NCBI GenBank assembly: GCA_003599345.1 | Contig: QZJP01000009.1 | Span: 501-64,500, forward strand | From: Bacillota bacterium | GTDB lineage: Bacteria > Bacillota > Sulfobacillia > UBA995 > UBA9673 | Reading direction: 5' to 3' | DNA: 64,000 nt | Shown here: positions 18,682 to 27,443 of the stretch, in pieces | Numbering within the stretch: the first letter of the stretch is position 1 | Layout of the letters: every line of letters begins with the position of its first letter | Notes under the pieces: generated by a model | Told to the model about the DNA's origin: nothing | Database searches by the model: none | Seen by the model: the letters and a program-made list of their open reading frames with translations, nothing else | Program-made: the position numbers and the translations under genes

Positions 18682-19953
18682 ATGAGATCCTTCATAATCG
18701 AGGGCGGCCGCCGTCTCGAGGGCGAGATACGCGCATCGGGGGCGAAGAACGCGATCCTGCCCATCATGGCCGCTACGCTTCTCACGCGGGAGGAGTGCGT
18801 CATCCACGACGTCCCGGACCTCCTCGACGTCGGAACCATGGCCGACATCCTTACCGGCCTGGGGGCGAAGGTGAGGTTCGGACGCGACGGCGCAGGTCGC
18901 CGGAGGTACGTCCGGATATCCGCTAACAGCCTGACCGGGTGCGAGGTTTCGGCCGAGCTGATGGGCGACATGCGTTCGTCCATCGTCGTGATGGGGCCGC
19001 TCCTGGCGAGGCTCGGAAAGGCGCGCGTCTCGCGGCCCGGCGGCTGCTCCCTGGGGCCGCGGCCGATCAACTTCCACCTGCGAGGATTCGAGACGCTGGG
19101 CACCCGGATCCGCGAGAGCCATGGGTTTGTCGACGCCGAGACTCCCGGGTTGGTGGGCCGTGAGATAACCCTCGATTTCCCGAGTGTCACCACAACCGAG
19201 AACCTGATAATGGCCGCTATCCACGCCGACGGTAGGACTGTCATTCGCAACGCGGCCAGGGAGCCTGAGGTCGTGGATCTCCAGAACTTCCTCATCGCCA
19301 TGGGGGGCCGGGTCGACGGCGCCGGATCGGACACTGTCACCGTGACGGGGGGAAAGAGACTCCACGGCGCCGAGCACACGGTCATCCCGGACCGCATCGA
19401 GATTGGTACCTACCTGGCTGCCGCGGCCATCACCTCGGGGGACGTCAGGGTCACCAACGTCGTGCCCCAACACCTGGACGCCGTCACGGCGAAGCTCCGG
19501 GAGGCCGGGGTGGCCCTCGAGCAGGGGAACGACCACATCAGGGTTCTTCCCGGGACCAGGCTCAAGCCCGTCGATGTCAAGACCATGCCCTATCCCGGCT
19601 ATCCGACCGACCTCGGCCCGCCGGTCATGTCCATGATGTGTTTTGCTGAAGGCACAAGCCTGATAACCGAGAACATCTTCGAGAAACGCTTCGCCCACGC
19701 CGAGGAACTCAGCCGCATGGGCGGATCGGTCGAGGTCCTCAGCCGGCTGGCGGTGGTCAGGGGCACGGGCAGGCTCTCGGGGGCCAGGGTGCGGGCCCCC
19801 GATTTGAGAGCGGGCGCCGCTCTAGTCCTGGCCGGGCTCGGCGCGGACGGGACCACTACGGTCGACCACGCGCACCACATCGAACGCGGGTACGAGCACA
19901 TGGACGACAAGCTCGGGCACCTGGGGGCCTTTGTCCGCAAGGTGGAGAACTAG
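18682..19953 (+). CDS. murA: UDP-N-acetylglucosamine 1-carboxyvinyltransferase MurA
   Basis: ..GAKNAILPIMAATLL.., active-site region PGGCSLGPRPINFHL, ..YPGYPTDL.. Confidence 0.9.
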   Translation: MRSFIIEGGRRLEGEIRASGAKNAILPIMAATLLTREECVIHDVPDLLDVGTMADILTGLGAKVRFGRDGAGRRRYVRISANSLTGCEVSAELMGDMRSSIVVMGPLLARLGKARVSRPGGCSLGPRPINFHLRGFETLGTRIRESHGFVDAETPGLVGREITLDFPSVTTTENLIMAAIHADGRTVIRNAAREPEVVDLQNFLIAMGGRVDGAGSDTVTVTGGKRLHGAEHTVIPDRIEIGTYLAAAAITSGDVRVTNVVPQHLDAVTAKLREAGVALEQGNDHIRVLPGTRLKPVDVKTMPYPGYPTDLGPPVMSMMCFAEGTSLITENIFEKRFAHAEELSRMGGSVEVLSRLAVVRGTGRLSGARVRAPDLRAGAALVLAGLGADGTTTVDHAHHIERGYEHMDDKLGHLGAFVRKVEN

Positions 19954-20051
19954 CGATCAGGTTAGCTTGGGGATAAGCGGGACAGGCCCCGGGGAGGGAG
20001 AACGACCTGGCCGGAAAGCGGCGTGGCCCGCGAGGCCCACTTACAGGGAGA

Positions 20052-21047
20052 GTGCTGCCCGGCGGCCGGCGACCGGGGGAACGCCCGGCCGCGGGCCCAT
20101 CTTCACGGCTATCCCCGCGTCCGGCCACCCGTCCGTCCTCCCGCGCTTCCACCCGCCTGCCATCGCGCCTCCCTCGTCCGTCCTCGCGGTCTGCCCCTCG
20201 TCCTCGCGAGGCGGAAGCACCAGAGAGCAGGCGAGGTCGTTCGAGGGGTCAGGAGGGGCCGTCCTTCGACTTCACCCGGGCGCGCCGCCTGATTAGCCTC
20301 TTGTCCCTCGTCATCGTCATCGCCCTGGGAGCGAGCCTCTTCCTCACCTCGACGGCCTTCGGAATCCGCGACATCGTCGTGGTCGGGTCGGTGCGCCTGA
20401 CCTCACCGGAAATCGTGGAGCTGACGGGCGTCGAATTGGGGACGAACCTTCTCAAGATACCGACGGGCAAGGTCCGGGACCGGCTCCTGGCCTGTCCCGT
20501 GATCGCCGAGGCCACGGTCAGCCGGAAGTTCCCTTCGAGTCTCATCATCCGGGTATCGGAGAGGCACGGTGTGGCCCTCCTCCCCGCTAGTGGCCGGTTC
20601 CTGGAGCTGGATTCCTCGGGGCTGTGCATCGCGGAGCACCAATACGTCAGCGCGCTCGGGCTACCCTTAGTGTCCGGAATCGTGCTGGAGGAACTGGCCC
20701 CGGGGACCCGGCCGGCCGACGAGCGACTGGCCGGCGTTCTCCTGTGCGCGGACGCTCTGGGGGTCGCCGGTAGGCTCCAAGTCGCGGAGATACACATCGG
20801 GGACGCGGGCGAGTTGCTGCTCTACACGCGCGAGGGCACTCCCGTCTACCTTGGGCCGCCCGACGACCTCGAAGACAAGATAGTCGCCCTGCTCGGGATA
20901 CTGCTGGACCTCGAGGAGTCCGGCATAGAGGCGACGTACATCGACGTTCGCTACCCGCGCTACCCGGTCGTGGGTTCGCCGGACGCTCCCGCCCCTCCCC
21001 AGGGCTGGATCGACCCCGACATATACGTCATCTTCGGTGAACCCTAG
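20052..21047 (+). CDS. divIB: Cell division protein DivIB/FtsQ (POTRA domain)
   Basis: Pro/Arg/Ser-rich cytoplasmic N-terminus, then TM LISLLSLVIVIALGASLFL. POTRA-like segment IRDIVVVGSVRLTSPEIVELTGV..SRKFPSSLIIRVSER. GTG start after GGGAGAG. Confidence 0.75.
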   Translation: MLPGGRRPGERPAAGPSSRLSPRPATRPSSRASTRLPSRLPRPSSRSAPRPREAEAPESRRGRSRGQEGPSFDFTRARRLISLLSLVIVIALGASLFLTSTAFGIRDIVVVGSVRLTSPEIVELTGVELGTNLLKIPTGKVRDRLLACPVIAEATVSRKFPSSLIIRVSERHGVALLPASGRFLELDSSGLCIAEHQYVSALGLPLVSGIVLEELAPGTRPADERLAGVLLCADALGVAGRLQVAEIHIGDAGELLLYTREGTPVYLGPPDDLEDKIVALLGILLDLEESGIEATYIDVRYPRYPVVGSPDAPAPPQGWIDPDIYVIFGEP

Positions 21048-21234
21048 CCGGGGCGCTGCTCGGAGAACCTCTCCCTTTCCATGGGTTCGCCGGCGGCACT
21101 CCTCCACCGACCGGCTCCCGGCCTCGCTCAGTACCCGGACCCCCGTCTCGCCGACCTCCTCGTAGACATAACGGGAGAAGGGAAAGCCTGCACCCCAGAG
21201 AACATACCACCAGCCGAGGAAGGGGGAGGGCCGT

Positions 21235-22491
21235 TTGCCAGGGGCGAGAGGTAAGCAAGAGGTAATCGCGGCACTCGACATAGGTTCTACGAAGGTCTGC
21301 GCCCTGGTGGCCCAACTCTCCGACGACATGGAGGTTGACATAACCGGATACGGCGTAGCGCCGTCCTACGGGATGCGGCGCGGCGCGGTGGTCGATGTTG
21401 AGGGCACGGTCCGAGCCATCCGCGAAGCGATCCAGAAGGCGGAGGACATGGCCCAGGCGCGCGTCCACAGCGTCACTCTCAGTGTGGCCGGGACACACGT
21501 CCAGTCCTTCAACAACCGCGGCGTCATCGGTATCACCCGAGAAGACCGCGAGATCACCGAGGAAGACGTGGAAAGGGCTCTGGAAGCGGCCCGCGTGCTG
21601 AGCATCCCGCCGGACCGAGAGATCATTCAGGTCGTTCCCCGCGAGTTCATCGTGGACGGTGCCGACGGCATCCGGTATCCGGTCGGGATGGTCGGCAACC
21701 GCCTCGAGGTGGAGGCCAACATCGTGACCGGCTCCACCACCTCGGTGGAGAACATCTCCAGGTGCGTGTCCAAGGCCGGTCTAGAGGTTGACGCCATAAT
21801 CCTGGCGGGGCTGGCGTCGGGTGAAGCGGTGCTGCACGAGGCGGAGAAGGAACTCGGGGTCGCCGTGGCCGACATCGGAGGCGGCACTACGGATGTCGGC
21901 ATCTTCGACTTCTGCGGCCTCTGGTACGCCGGGGTGATCCCGGTCGGTGGGGACTACATAACCAACGACCTCGCCGTCGGTCTCCGGACGCCCCTCGCGC
22001 AAGCGGAGAAGGTGAAGATCCAGGACGGCGTCGCCTTGGCGGACATGGCCAACCCGGAGGAATTCGCAGAGGTTCCGGACGTGGGTGGGAGCCGGACCCA
22101 CAGGGTGAGCCGCAGGTCCATAGCCGAGATAATCCAGCCTCGGGTGGAGGAGCTGTTCGTTCTCATCATGAAGGAGATTGCCCGCTCGGGGCGGGAAGGC
22201 ATGCTGCCCGGCGGGATCGTCGTCACCGGCGGCACCGCGGCCCTGAGGGGCCTCCCGGAGGTAGGCCAGGAAGAGACCGGTCTCCCGGTGCGGGTCGGGC
22301 TTCCCGAGGGACAAGGCGGGCTCACGGAACTAGTCCGGGACCCGTCCATGGCCTGCGCGGTCGGGCTCATCAGGTGCGCGGCCCAGAACCTGTCCGCCGG
22401 GCACGGCGACGGCCAGGTCGAGAGCGGGCTGCCCGGGCTGTTCGGCGGCTTTCTGGCCAAACTGAGAGGCTGGATCAAGCAGTCCTACTAG
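21235..22491 (+). CDS. ftsA: Cell division protein FtsA
   Basis: ..[16 protein letters not shown].., ..[14 protein letters not shown].. actin-like ATPase motifs. Confidence 0.9.
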   Translation: MPGARGKQEVIAALDIGSTKVCALVAQLSDDMEVDITGYGVAPSYGMRRGAVVDVEGTVRAIREAIQKAEDMAQARVHSVTLSVAGTHVQSFNNRGVIGITREDREITEEDVERALEAARVLSIPPDREIIQVVPREFIVDGADGIRYPVGMVGNRLEVEANIVTGSTTSVENISRCVSKAGLEVDAIILAGLASGEAVLHEAEKELGVAVADIGGGTTDVGIFDFCGLWYAGVIPVGGDYITNDLAVGLRTPLAQAEKVKIQDGVALADMANPEEFAEVPDVGGSRTHRVSRRSIAEIIQPRVEELFVLIMKEIARSGREGMLPGGIVVTGGTAALRGLPEVGQEETGLPVRVGLPEGQGGLTELVRDPSMACAVGLIRCAAQNLSAGHGDGQVESGLPGLFGGFLAKLRGWIKQSY

Positions 22492-22562
22492 CGGCTGGTC
22501 CTGCCGGATGGAGCACCGACACGAGAGGCGGGCAGCGGTGGGGAAGAGGAGGGGAGAGACGA

Positions 22563-23627
22563 GTGGTTCCGGACGGCCTGTTGGCCCTTGACCTGGAGGT
22601 CGAGCATTTCGCCCTGATCAAGGTGATCGGTGTCGGCGGCGGCGGGAACAACGCCGTGAACCGGATGGTGAGAAGCGGGTTGCGCGGGGTCGAGTTCGTG
22701 GCCATGAACACCGATGTCCAGGCCCTCTACCGGTCCGAATCCCCCGTCAAGGTCCAGCTCGGCGAGAAGCTGACAAGGGGGCTCGGCGCCGGAGGGAATC
22801 CTGAGACAGGCCGGCAGGCGGCCGAGGAGAGCCGGGAGGCCATCAGCCGGGTGGTCAGGGGCGCCGACATGATTTTCATAACGGCCGGCATGGGAGGCGG
22901 GACCGGGACGGGCGCGGCTCCAATCATCGCTGAGTGCGCCCGCGAGGCGGGGGCTCTCACGGTGGGCATCGTCACCAAGCCCTTCACGTTCGAAGGCAAG
23001 CACAGGGCCCGTCAGGCCGAAGAGGGCGTGGGCACGCTGCGTGAAAGGGTCGATACGCTCATCGTCATCCCCAACGACCGCCTTCTGCAGATAGTCGAGC
23101 GCAAGACCTCCATGATGGAGGCCTTCCGCATCGCGGATGACGTTCTGAGGCAGGGTGTTCAGAGCATCTCCGATCTTGTGGCGATACCGGGCTTCATCAA
23201 CCTCGATTTCGCCGACGTCCGGGCGGTCATGGCCAACACCGGCTCGGCCCTGATGGGGGTCGGGGTCTCGGCGGGGGAGACCCGCGCCGCTGACGCCGCC
23301 AGGGCCGCCATATCGAGCCCCCTACTCGAGACGTCCATCGTCGGCGCGAAAGGACTCCTCTTGAACATCACCGGCGGCGAGGACCTGACCCTCTTCGAGG
23401 TCAACGAGGCCGCGGAGATAGTGACCGAGGCGGCCGACCCCGAGGCCAACATCATCTTCGGCGCGGCGCTCGACGACGAGATGGGCGACGAGGTGAGAGT
23501 GACGGTCATCGCCACCGGGTTCGAGGACAAGGTTAGGAGGAAGAAGCGCGAGCAAGCCGAGCTGGAGATCAGGCCGTTCTCGCGCGAAGACCTCGAGATT
23601 CCCACCTTCCTGAGGAAGCGGGAGTAG
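22563..23627 (+). CDS. ftsZ: Cell division GTPase FtsZ
   Basis: [17 protein letters not shown] and the tubulin signature [16 protein letters not shown] 22563 lies 8 nt after GAGGAGGGG. The track ORF start 22374 lies inside ftsA. Confidence 0.95.
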   Translation: MVPDGLLALDLEVEHFALIKVIGVGGGGNNAVNRMVRSGLRGVEFVAMNTDVQALYRSESPVKVQLGEKLTRGLGAGGNPETGRQAAEESREAISRVVRGADMIFITAGMGGGTGTGAAPIIAECAREAGALTVGIVTKPFTFEGKHRARQAEEGVGTLRERVDTLIVIPNDRLLQIVERKTSMMEAFRIADDVLRQGVQSISDLVAIPGFINLDFADVRAVMANTGSALMGVGVSAGETRAADAARAAISSPLLETSIVGAKGLLLNITGGEDLTLFEVNEAAEIVTEAADPEANIIFGAALDDEMGDEVRVTVIATGFEDKVRRKKREQAELEIRPFSREDLEIPTFLRKRE

Positions 23628-23726
23628 GCTCTACAGGTTCTCCACCCGGCCAGGCGTCGGTTCCCGGCGATTGGGCGCGACTGGGCTCAAGGATTCTCCC
23701 ATCATGCCTTGGCGCCAGCGCACCCC

Positions 23727-23759
23727 CTGACAGAATTCCTCCTACCTGGGGCGTATAAT
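23727..23759 (+). promoter_or_regulatory. Candidate spoIIG-operon promoter with over-long spacer
   Basis: CTGACA (23727-23732), 21-nt spacer, perfect TATAAT (23754-23759), ~20-55 nt upstream of the possible spoIIGA starts. Confidence 0.5.
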
Positions 23760-23779
23760 GGCCAAGCCGCCCCAATACC

Positions 23780-24730
23780 GTGTATGTCAGGACAACGTCG
23801 GGGGGCCAAGCCTTGCGCTACGTCTACGCCGACATTTTATTTTTCGTTGATTTCTGCTTCGATTTCTCCCTCCTCTACCTCGCGGGGCGGTTCGCTCACG
23901 CTCCGGTGGCGGGCCGGCGCCTCGCGCTCGCCGCTCTTCTCGGCGGACTCCACGGTACGGTCTCGCTGTTCCCCGGCTTTGGGCCAATGGCGACGCCCCC
24001 CATCCAGATACTGGTCTCTGCCCTGATGGTGGCGGTGGCGTACCCGACCGGGGTGAAGGCGTTCCGCCGCTACCTTACCGTCCTGGGCCTCTTCTACCTC
24101 TGCTCCTTCGTAATGGGGGGTGCGGCGATAGGTTGGGCCTACATAACCACGGGCACCACGACCGGGCTGGGGGTGACCCCCGGAACCCTGGGTCCCGGCG
24201 TCGTCCTGCCGGCGGTGGTCTTCGGGGCCACCCTGCTTCACTGGGCCATCGTCAGCGGGCGTGAGCGCGAAAGTGTCGAGGCCCTCCTGGTCTCTTGCCG
24301 GGTTGTCGTCGGTGACCGGCAGGCGGAGTTTCCGGCGCTTGTCGACACGGGCAACCGCCTCCGGGACCCTCTCTCCGACGCTCCGGTGGTGATCGTGGAG
24401 TATCCCGCTCTAGGACTCCTCCTTCCGCCGCAGTTCGGGCCGGTCTGGGAGGCGTCGGTCGACGACGAACCCGATCTTGGGAAGCTTGCGGACGCTCTGG
24501 GAGACAGCGGTTGGTCCTCGAGGCTGCGCCTGGTCCCGTTCTCCTCGATTGGGAAGGCAAGCGGGCTGCTCGTGGGTTTCCGGCCTGACGAACTCCGGAT
24601 CGGCCGCCGCGGGGGTCTGGTACGGACCGCCGACGTGATAGTGTGCGTCTCGCCCCGGCCGCTCTCGGCCGCGGGCGGGTACAGGGCCTTGCTCCCGCCG
24701 GAAGTCCTGCGGGGCGAAGCCGTGGCCTGA
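23780..24730 (+). CDS. spoIIGA: Sigma-E processing aspartic protease SpoIIGA
   Basis: Polytopic N-terminal half (..[22 protein letters not shown]..) and the catalytic ..[22 protein letters not shown].. motif. The start may instead be TTG 23813. Confidence 0.9.
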   Translation: MYVRTTSGGQALRYVYADILFFVDFCFDFSLLYLAGRFAHAPVAGRRLALAALLGGLHGTVSLFPGFGPMATPPIQILVSALMVAVAYPTGVKAFRRYLTVLGLFYLCSFVMGGAAIGWAYITTGTTTGLGVTPGTLGPGVVLPAVVFGATLLHWAIVSGRERESVEALLVSCRVVVGDRQAEFPALVDTGNRLRDPLSDAPVVIVEYPALGLLLPPQFGPVWEASVDDEPDLGKLADALGDSGWSSRLRLVPFSSIGKASGLLVGFRPDELRIGRRGGLVRTADVIVCVSPRPLSAAGGYRALLPPEVLRGEAVA

Positions 24731-24776
24731 CTGGGGAGCAGTTCTCAACCACGCGGCTCAGGAAGGGGGAAGACAC

Positions 24777-25520
24777 GTGAGCTTACAGATAGTGACACCT
24801 TTGCCCGTGAGATTGCGCTGGTCCTTCATCCTCGTCCTCGGCCGTTGGCGCCGCATGCTCGGGTTGGCCGGAGCTCCCCAGTACTACGTCGGGACGAGTG
24901 AAGCCCTGCCTCCCCCGCTGTCATCGGCCGAGGAGGCCTACCTGCTGTCGCGCCTGCAGGCTGGAGACCTGGCCGTCCGCGGCGTTCTCATCGAACGGAA
25001 CCTGCGGCTCGTGGTGTATATCGCCAAGAAGTTCGACAACACCCGGGTGGGTATCGAGGATCTGGTGTCGATAGGGACCATCGGTCTCATCAAGGCGGTC
25101 AACACCTTTGATCCGACGCGGCGCATCAAACTCGCCACCTACGCCTCGAAATGCATCGAGAACGAAATCCTCATGTTCTTGCGGCGTAACCCTCCGCGCT
25201 CCGAGGTATCCTTCGACGAACCGCTGAACGTCGACTGGGACGGCAACGAGCTTCTCCTGTCGGACGTTCTGGGTACGGAGCCCAACGTAACCTACCGGGA
25301 ACTCGAGGAGGAGGTGGACCGCGCCCTTCTGCGAAAGGCGATGACCAGGCTGTCCGACAGGGAGCGGCGCATCATGGAACTCCGGTTCGGACTGGGTGAC
25401 GGGCAGGAGCGGACGCAAAAGGAGGTCGCCGACCACCTGGGGATTTCGCAGTCCTACATCTCTCGGCTTGAGAAGCGTATCATCAGGCGACTGAGACAAG
25501 AAATCGCCAGCATGCAGTGA
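24777..25520 (+). CDS. sigE: Sporulation sigma factor SigE (pro-sigma-E)
   Basis: ..[80 protein letters not shown] is near-identical in pattern to B. subtilis SigE. An N-terminal pro-sequence is present. Confidence 0.95.
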   Translation: MSLQIVTPLPVRLRWSFILVLGRWRRMLGLAGAPQYYVGTSEALPPPLSSAEEAYLLSRLQAGDLAVRGVLIERNLRLVVYIAKKFDNTRVGIEDLVSIGTIGLIKAVNTFDPTRRIKLATYASKCIENEILMFLRRNPPRSEVSFDEPLNVDWDGNELLLSDVLGTEPNVTYRELEEEVDRALLRKAMTRLSDRERRIMELRFGLGDGQERTQKEVADHLGISQSYISRLEKRIIRRLRQEIASMQ

Positions 25521-25575
25521 GGGCCTAACCGGGACCGGACGGCGCGGGGATACCTGCCCGCGGCGGCGTCCCCTC

Positions 25576-26322
25576 CTACCCGGTCTTCCCGAGGGCCAGG
25601 CCGTAGGCCAGCGCGGAAGTGGGGCACGCCGCGACGCAAGCGGGAGACCCTCCGCACAGGTCGCACACTAGAACCATACCCGTCTCCGGTGAGATACGCA
25701 TGGCCGAGAAGGGGCACGCCTCGACGCACCGCCCGCACCCGTTGCACCGGTGGCTCTCCGCCAATACCGCACGGGTAGTGGGCTCACGCCGAAGTGCCCC
25801 CTCGGGACACACCTCCACGCATCGGGCCGCTCCGCATTGCCTACAGATATCGAGTCTCACCGGGGTCGTTCGATCGTCCGCGGCCACCCACATGCGCGAC
25901 TCCCCGGCCGGAGCGCCCTCGCGGTGAGCTTCCCTGCATGCCCTCTCGCACTTGCCGCACGCGTCGCAGGCCGACACGTCGACGAGGATACGCTTGGGCG
26001 GGAGCGGGACGCCACTAGAAGAGTCGTCCGTCCGTTCTGAGACTGTCCCTCCGGCGGGAATACGCTCGAACCTGAATATCACCTGACCGTTGGGGTCCGG
26101 GCACACCATCCGGTGGGTGTCCGGAACCCAATCGTTGTCCTCCGCCAGCTGCCTCTGCTTGACGGGCACCATGGGCATCAGGCTCTGCAGCGCCCAGATA
26201 CAGAAGTACCGGCCGTCGGGGATGTGGAGTCTTCCGCCCTTCACCTCAATGTAGTCTCCGGGTCTCAGGGGTAGGTCACAGAATCCCCGAATCTCCTCCA
26301 CCACGATTCTCAGGTCGTACAC
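25576..26322 (-). CDS. Fusion protein: TIGR04076-like N-terminal domain + four-cluster 4Fe-4S ferredoxin domain
   Basis: 248 aa. The N-terminus MYDLRIVVEEIRGFCDLPLRPGDYIEV..YFCIWALQSLMPMV..MVCPDPNGQVIFRFERI resembles the small TIGR04076 family. The C-terminus carries four Cys motifs: CDACGKCERAC, CRQCGAARCVEVCP, CNGCGRCVEACP, CDLCGGSPACVAACP. Confidence 0.7.
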   Translation of the reverse strand: MYDLRIVVEEIRGFCDLPLRPGDYIEVKGGRLHIPDGRYFCIWALQSLMPMVPVKQRQLAEDNDWVPDTHRMVCPDPNGQVIFRFERIPAGGTVSERTDDSSSGVPLPPKRILVDVSACDACGKCERACREAHREGAPAGESRMWVAADDRTTPVRLDICRQCGAARCVEVCPEGALRREPTTRAVLAESHRCNGCGRCVEACPFSAMRISPETGMVLVCDLCGGSPACVAACPTSALAYGLALGKTG

Positions 26323-26356
26323 TTGCCCTCAACCTTTCAAGTGACTTGGGTGCTGA

Positions 26357-26373
26357 CTCGCGTGACACGCGAG
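26357..26373. promoter_or_regulatory. Perfect 8-1-8 palindrome in divergent intergenic region
   Basis: CTCGCGTG-A-CACGCGAG at 26357-26373, between the minus-strand Fe-S gene (start 26322) and the ECF sigma gene (start 26458). Confidence 0.4.
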
Positions 26374-26457
26374 ACTCGTGGGGTTCGGCGGGGAGCGCCC
26401 TAGACCTGCCGAATAAACCGAGGGACCCGGACGTTCATCAGTCGGGGAGGTAGAGCG

Positions 26458-27066
26458 GTGACCAGTTCTGACCTAGGCATCCTCTACGCCAGGCATCGCC
26501 GCGGTATCCTGCGGGTAGCCTCGAAGCTTCTCCGAGATCAGGCGGCGGCCGAGGACGTGGTCCAGGAGACCTGGGTGAGGGCGATGCGGTTCTTCGGAAC
26601 CCGCGCCACGGACGGACAGCCTTCCGCGGCCTGGTTCTACCGGGTCGCCCTGAACCTCTGCTATGACCGGCTGAGAGCCCTGGCCAGGGACCGGACGGCG
26701 GTAGCGGAACCGGCCGAACTGGATGGGGGTGAGCTTGCCGAGGCCCACGCGGTGGGGTCCGGCGCTCCGGCGGTCGACCCCGAACAGGAGGTTCTCAGGG
26801 CCGAACTGGCCCGCGCGGTACGCGAGGCCGTCGAGGGCCTCCCGCCCCTCTTGCGGGAGGCGGTCGTGTTGAGGGAGTACGGGGGCCTCAAGTACCGCGA
26901 GATCGCCGAGATCGCATCCTGCCCCGTCGGAACGGTCATGTCCCGCCTCCATCTCGCCAGGCAGCGGTTGAGGCTCGCCCTCGCGCCCTACCTGGAACTC
27001 GATACCGACCCGGCCGGAGAGCAGGCAGATACCGACACAGGGCAAGCCGGCCAGGGGGGAGGATGA
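26458..27066 (+). CDS. ECF (group 4) sigma-70 family RNA polymerase sigma factor
   Basis: 202 aa. Region 2: ..AEDVVQETWVRAMR..FYRVALNLCYDRLR. Region 4: ..LREAVVLREYGGLKYREIAEIASCPVGTVMSRLHLARQRLR. GTG follows SD GGGGAGG. Confidence 0.9.
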   Translation: MTSSDLGILYARHRRGILRVASKLLRDQAAAEDVVQETWVRAMRFFGTRATDGQPSAAWFYRVALNLCYDRLRALARDRTAVAEPAELDGGELAEAHAVGSGAPAVDPEQEVLRAELARAVREAVEGLPPLLREAVVLREYGGLKYREIAEIASCPVGTVMSRLHLARQRLRLALAPYLELDTDPAGEQADTDTGQAGQGGG

Positions 27067-27443
27067 AAGGCGTGAACCAACCACTCGAGCAAAGGCCGGA
27101 TTGCGCTCTTTCCTGCATGGCCGGCCCCTACTACGACGGGGAGTTGACCCCCGAGGAGAGCAGGCGGTTCCTGGAGCACCTCTTCTTCTGCCCGGTCTGC
27201 CGGATGGAGGTCAGGGCGATAAGGCGGCTGTCGGAACTCATCCACTCCGACGGGCGCCCCGGTCCGTGGACGCCCGGGCCCGAGGATGAATGTGAGGCGG
27301 CGGCGGAGTGGGGGGCGGGCCACGAGATGGGCCTGCCTTCCCCCGCAGGGGCAGAGGGGCGCCGCAGGCCGCGACTCAAGCCCCGGCCGGGCACGACTCC
27401 GGCTGTCGGCCTCGCGGGAGGTGGTCGGGGTGTCCGCGGTTAG
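27063..27443 (+). CDS. Zinc-binding anti-sigma factor (ZAS / zf-HC2), apparently soluble
   Basis: 126 aa. ATGA overlap with the sigma gene. Complete motif C-x24-H-x3-C-x2-C (DCALSC..FLEHLFFCPVC). No hydrophobic segment follows. Confidence 0.8.
   Translation: MKGVNQPLEQRPDCALSCMAGPYYDGELTPEESRRFLEHLFFCPVCRMEVRAIRRLSELIHSDGRPGPWTPGPEDECEAAAEWGAGHEMGLPSPAGAEGRRRPRLKPRPGTTPAVGLAGGGRGVRG

Noticed and set aside
20052-20300. Quasi-repetitive DNA (..cgtccgtcctc.. variants) that at first glance looks like short tandem repeats.
   Set aside because: The copies are imperfect and lie in the frame of the Pro/Ser/Arg-rich cytoplasmic N-terminus of DivIB. This is low-complexity coding sequence, not a repeat array or CRISPR.
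23628-23760. Spo0A boxes (TGTCGAA) expected near a spoIIG-type promoter.
   Set aside because: No exact or one-mismatch 0A box was found by eye. TGACAGAA at 23728 only matches with an insertion. Left as an open check, not a call.
25521-25575. Imperfect GC-rich hairpin between the convergent sigE and Fe-S genes as a bidirectional terminator.
   Set aside because: The stem is interrupted by G-G mismatches and there is no T tract on either strand. It is plausible but not supportable from sequence alone.
26411-26436. ECF-type autoregulatory promoter (AAC ... CGT) upstream of the ECF sigma gene: GAATAAAC ... CGTTC.
   Set aside because: The spacer between AAC and CGT is only ~13 nt, versus the 16-17 nt expected. 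This is not convincing without TSS data.
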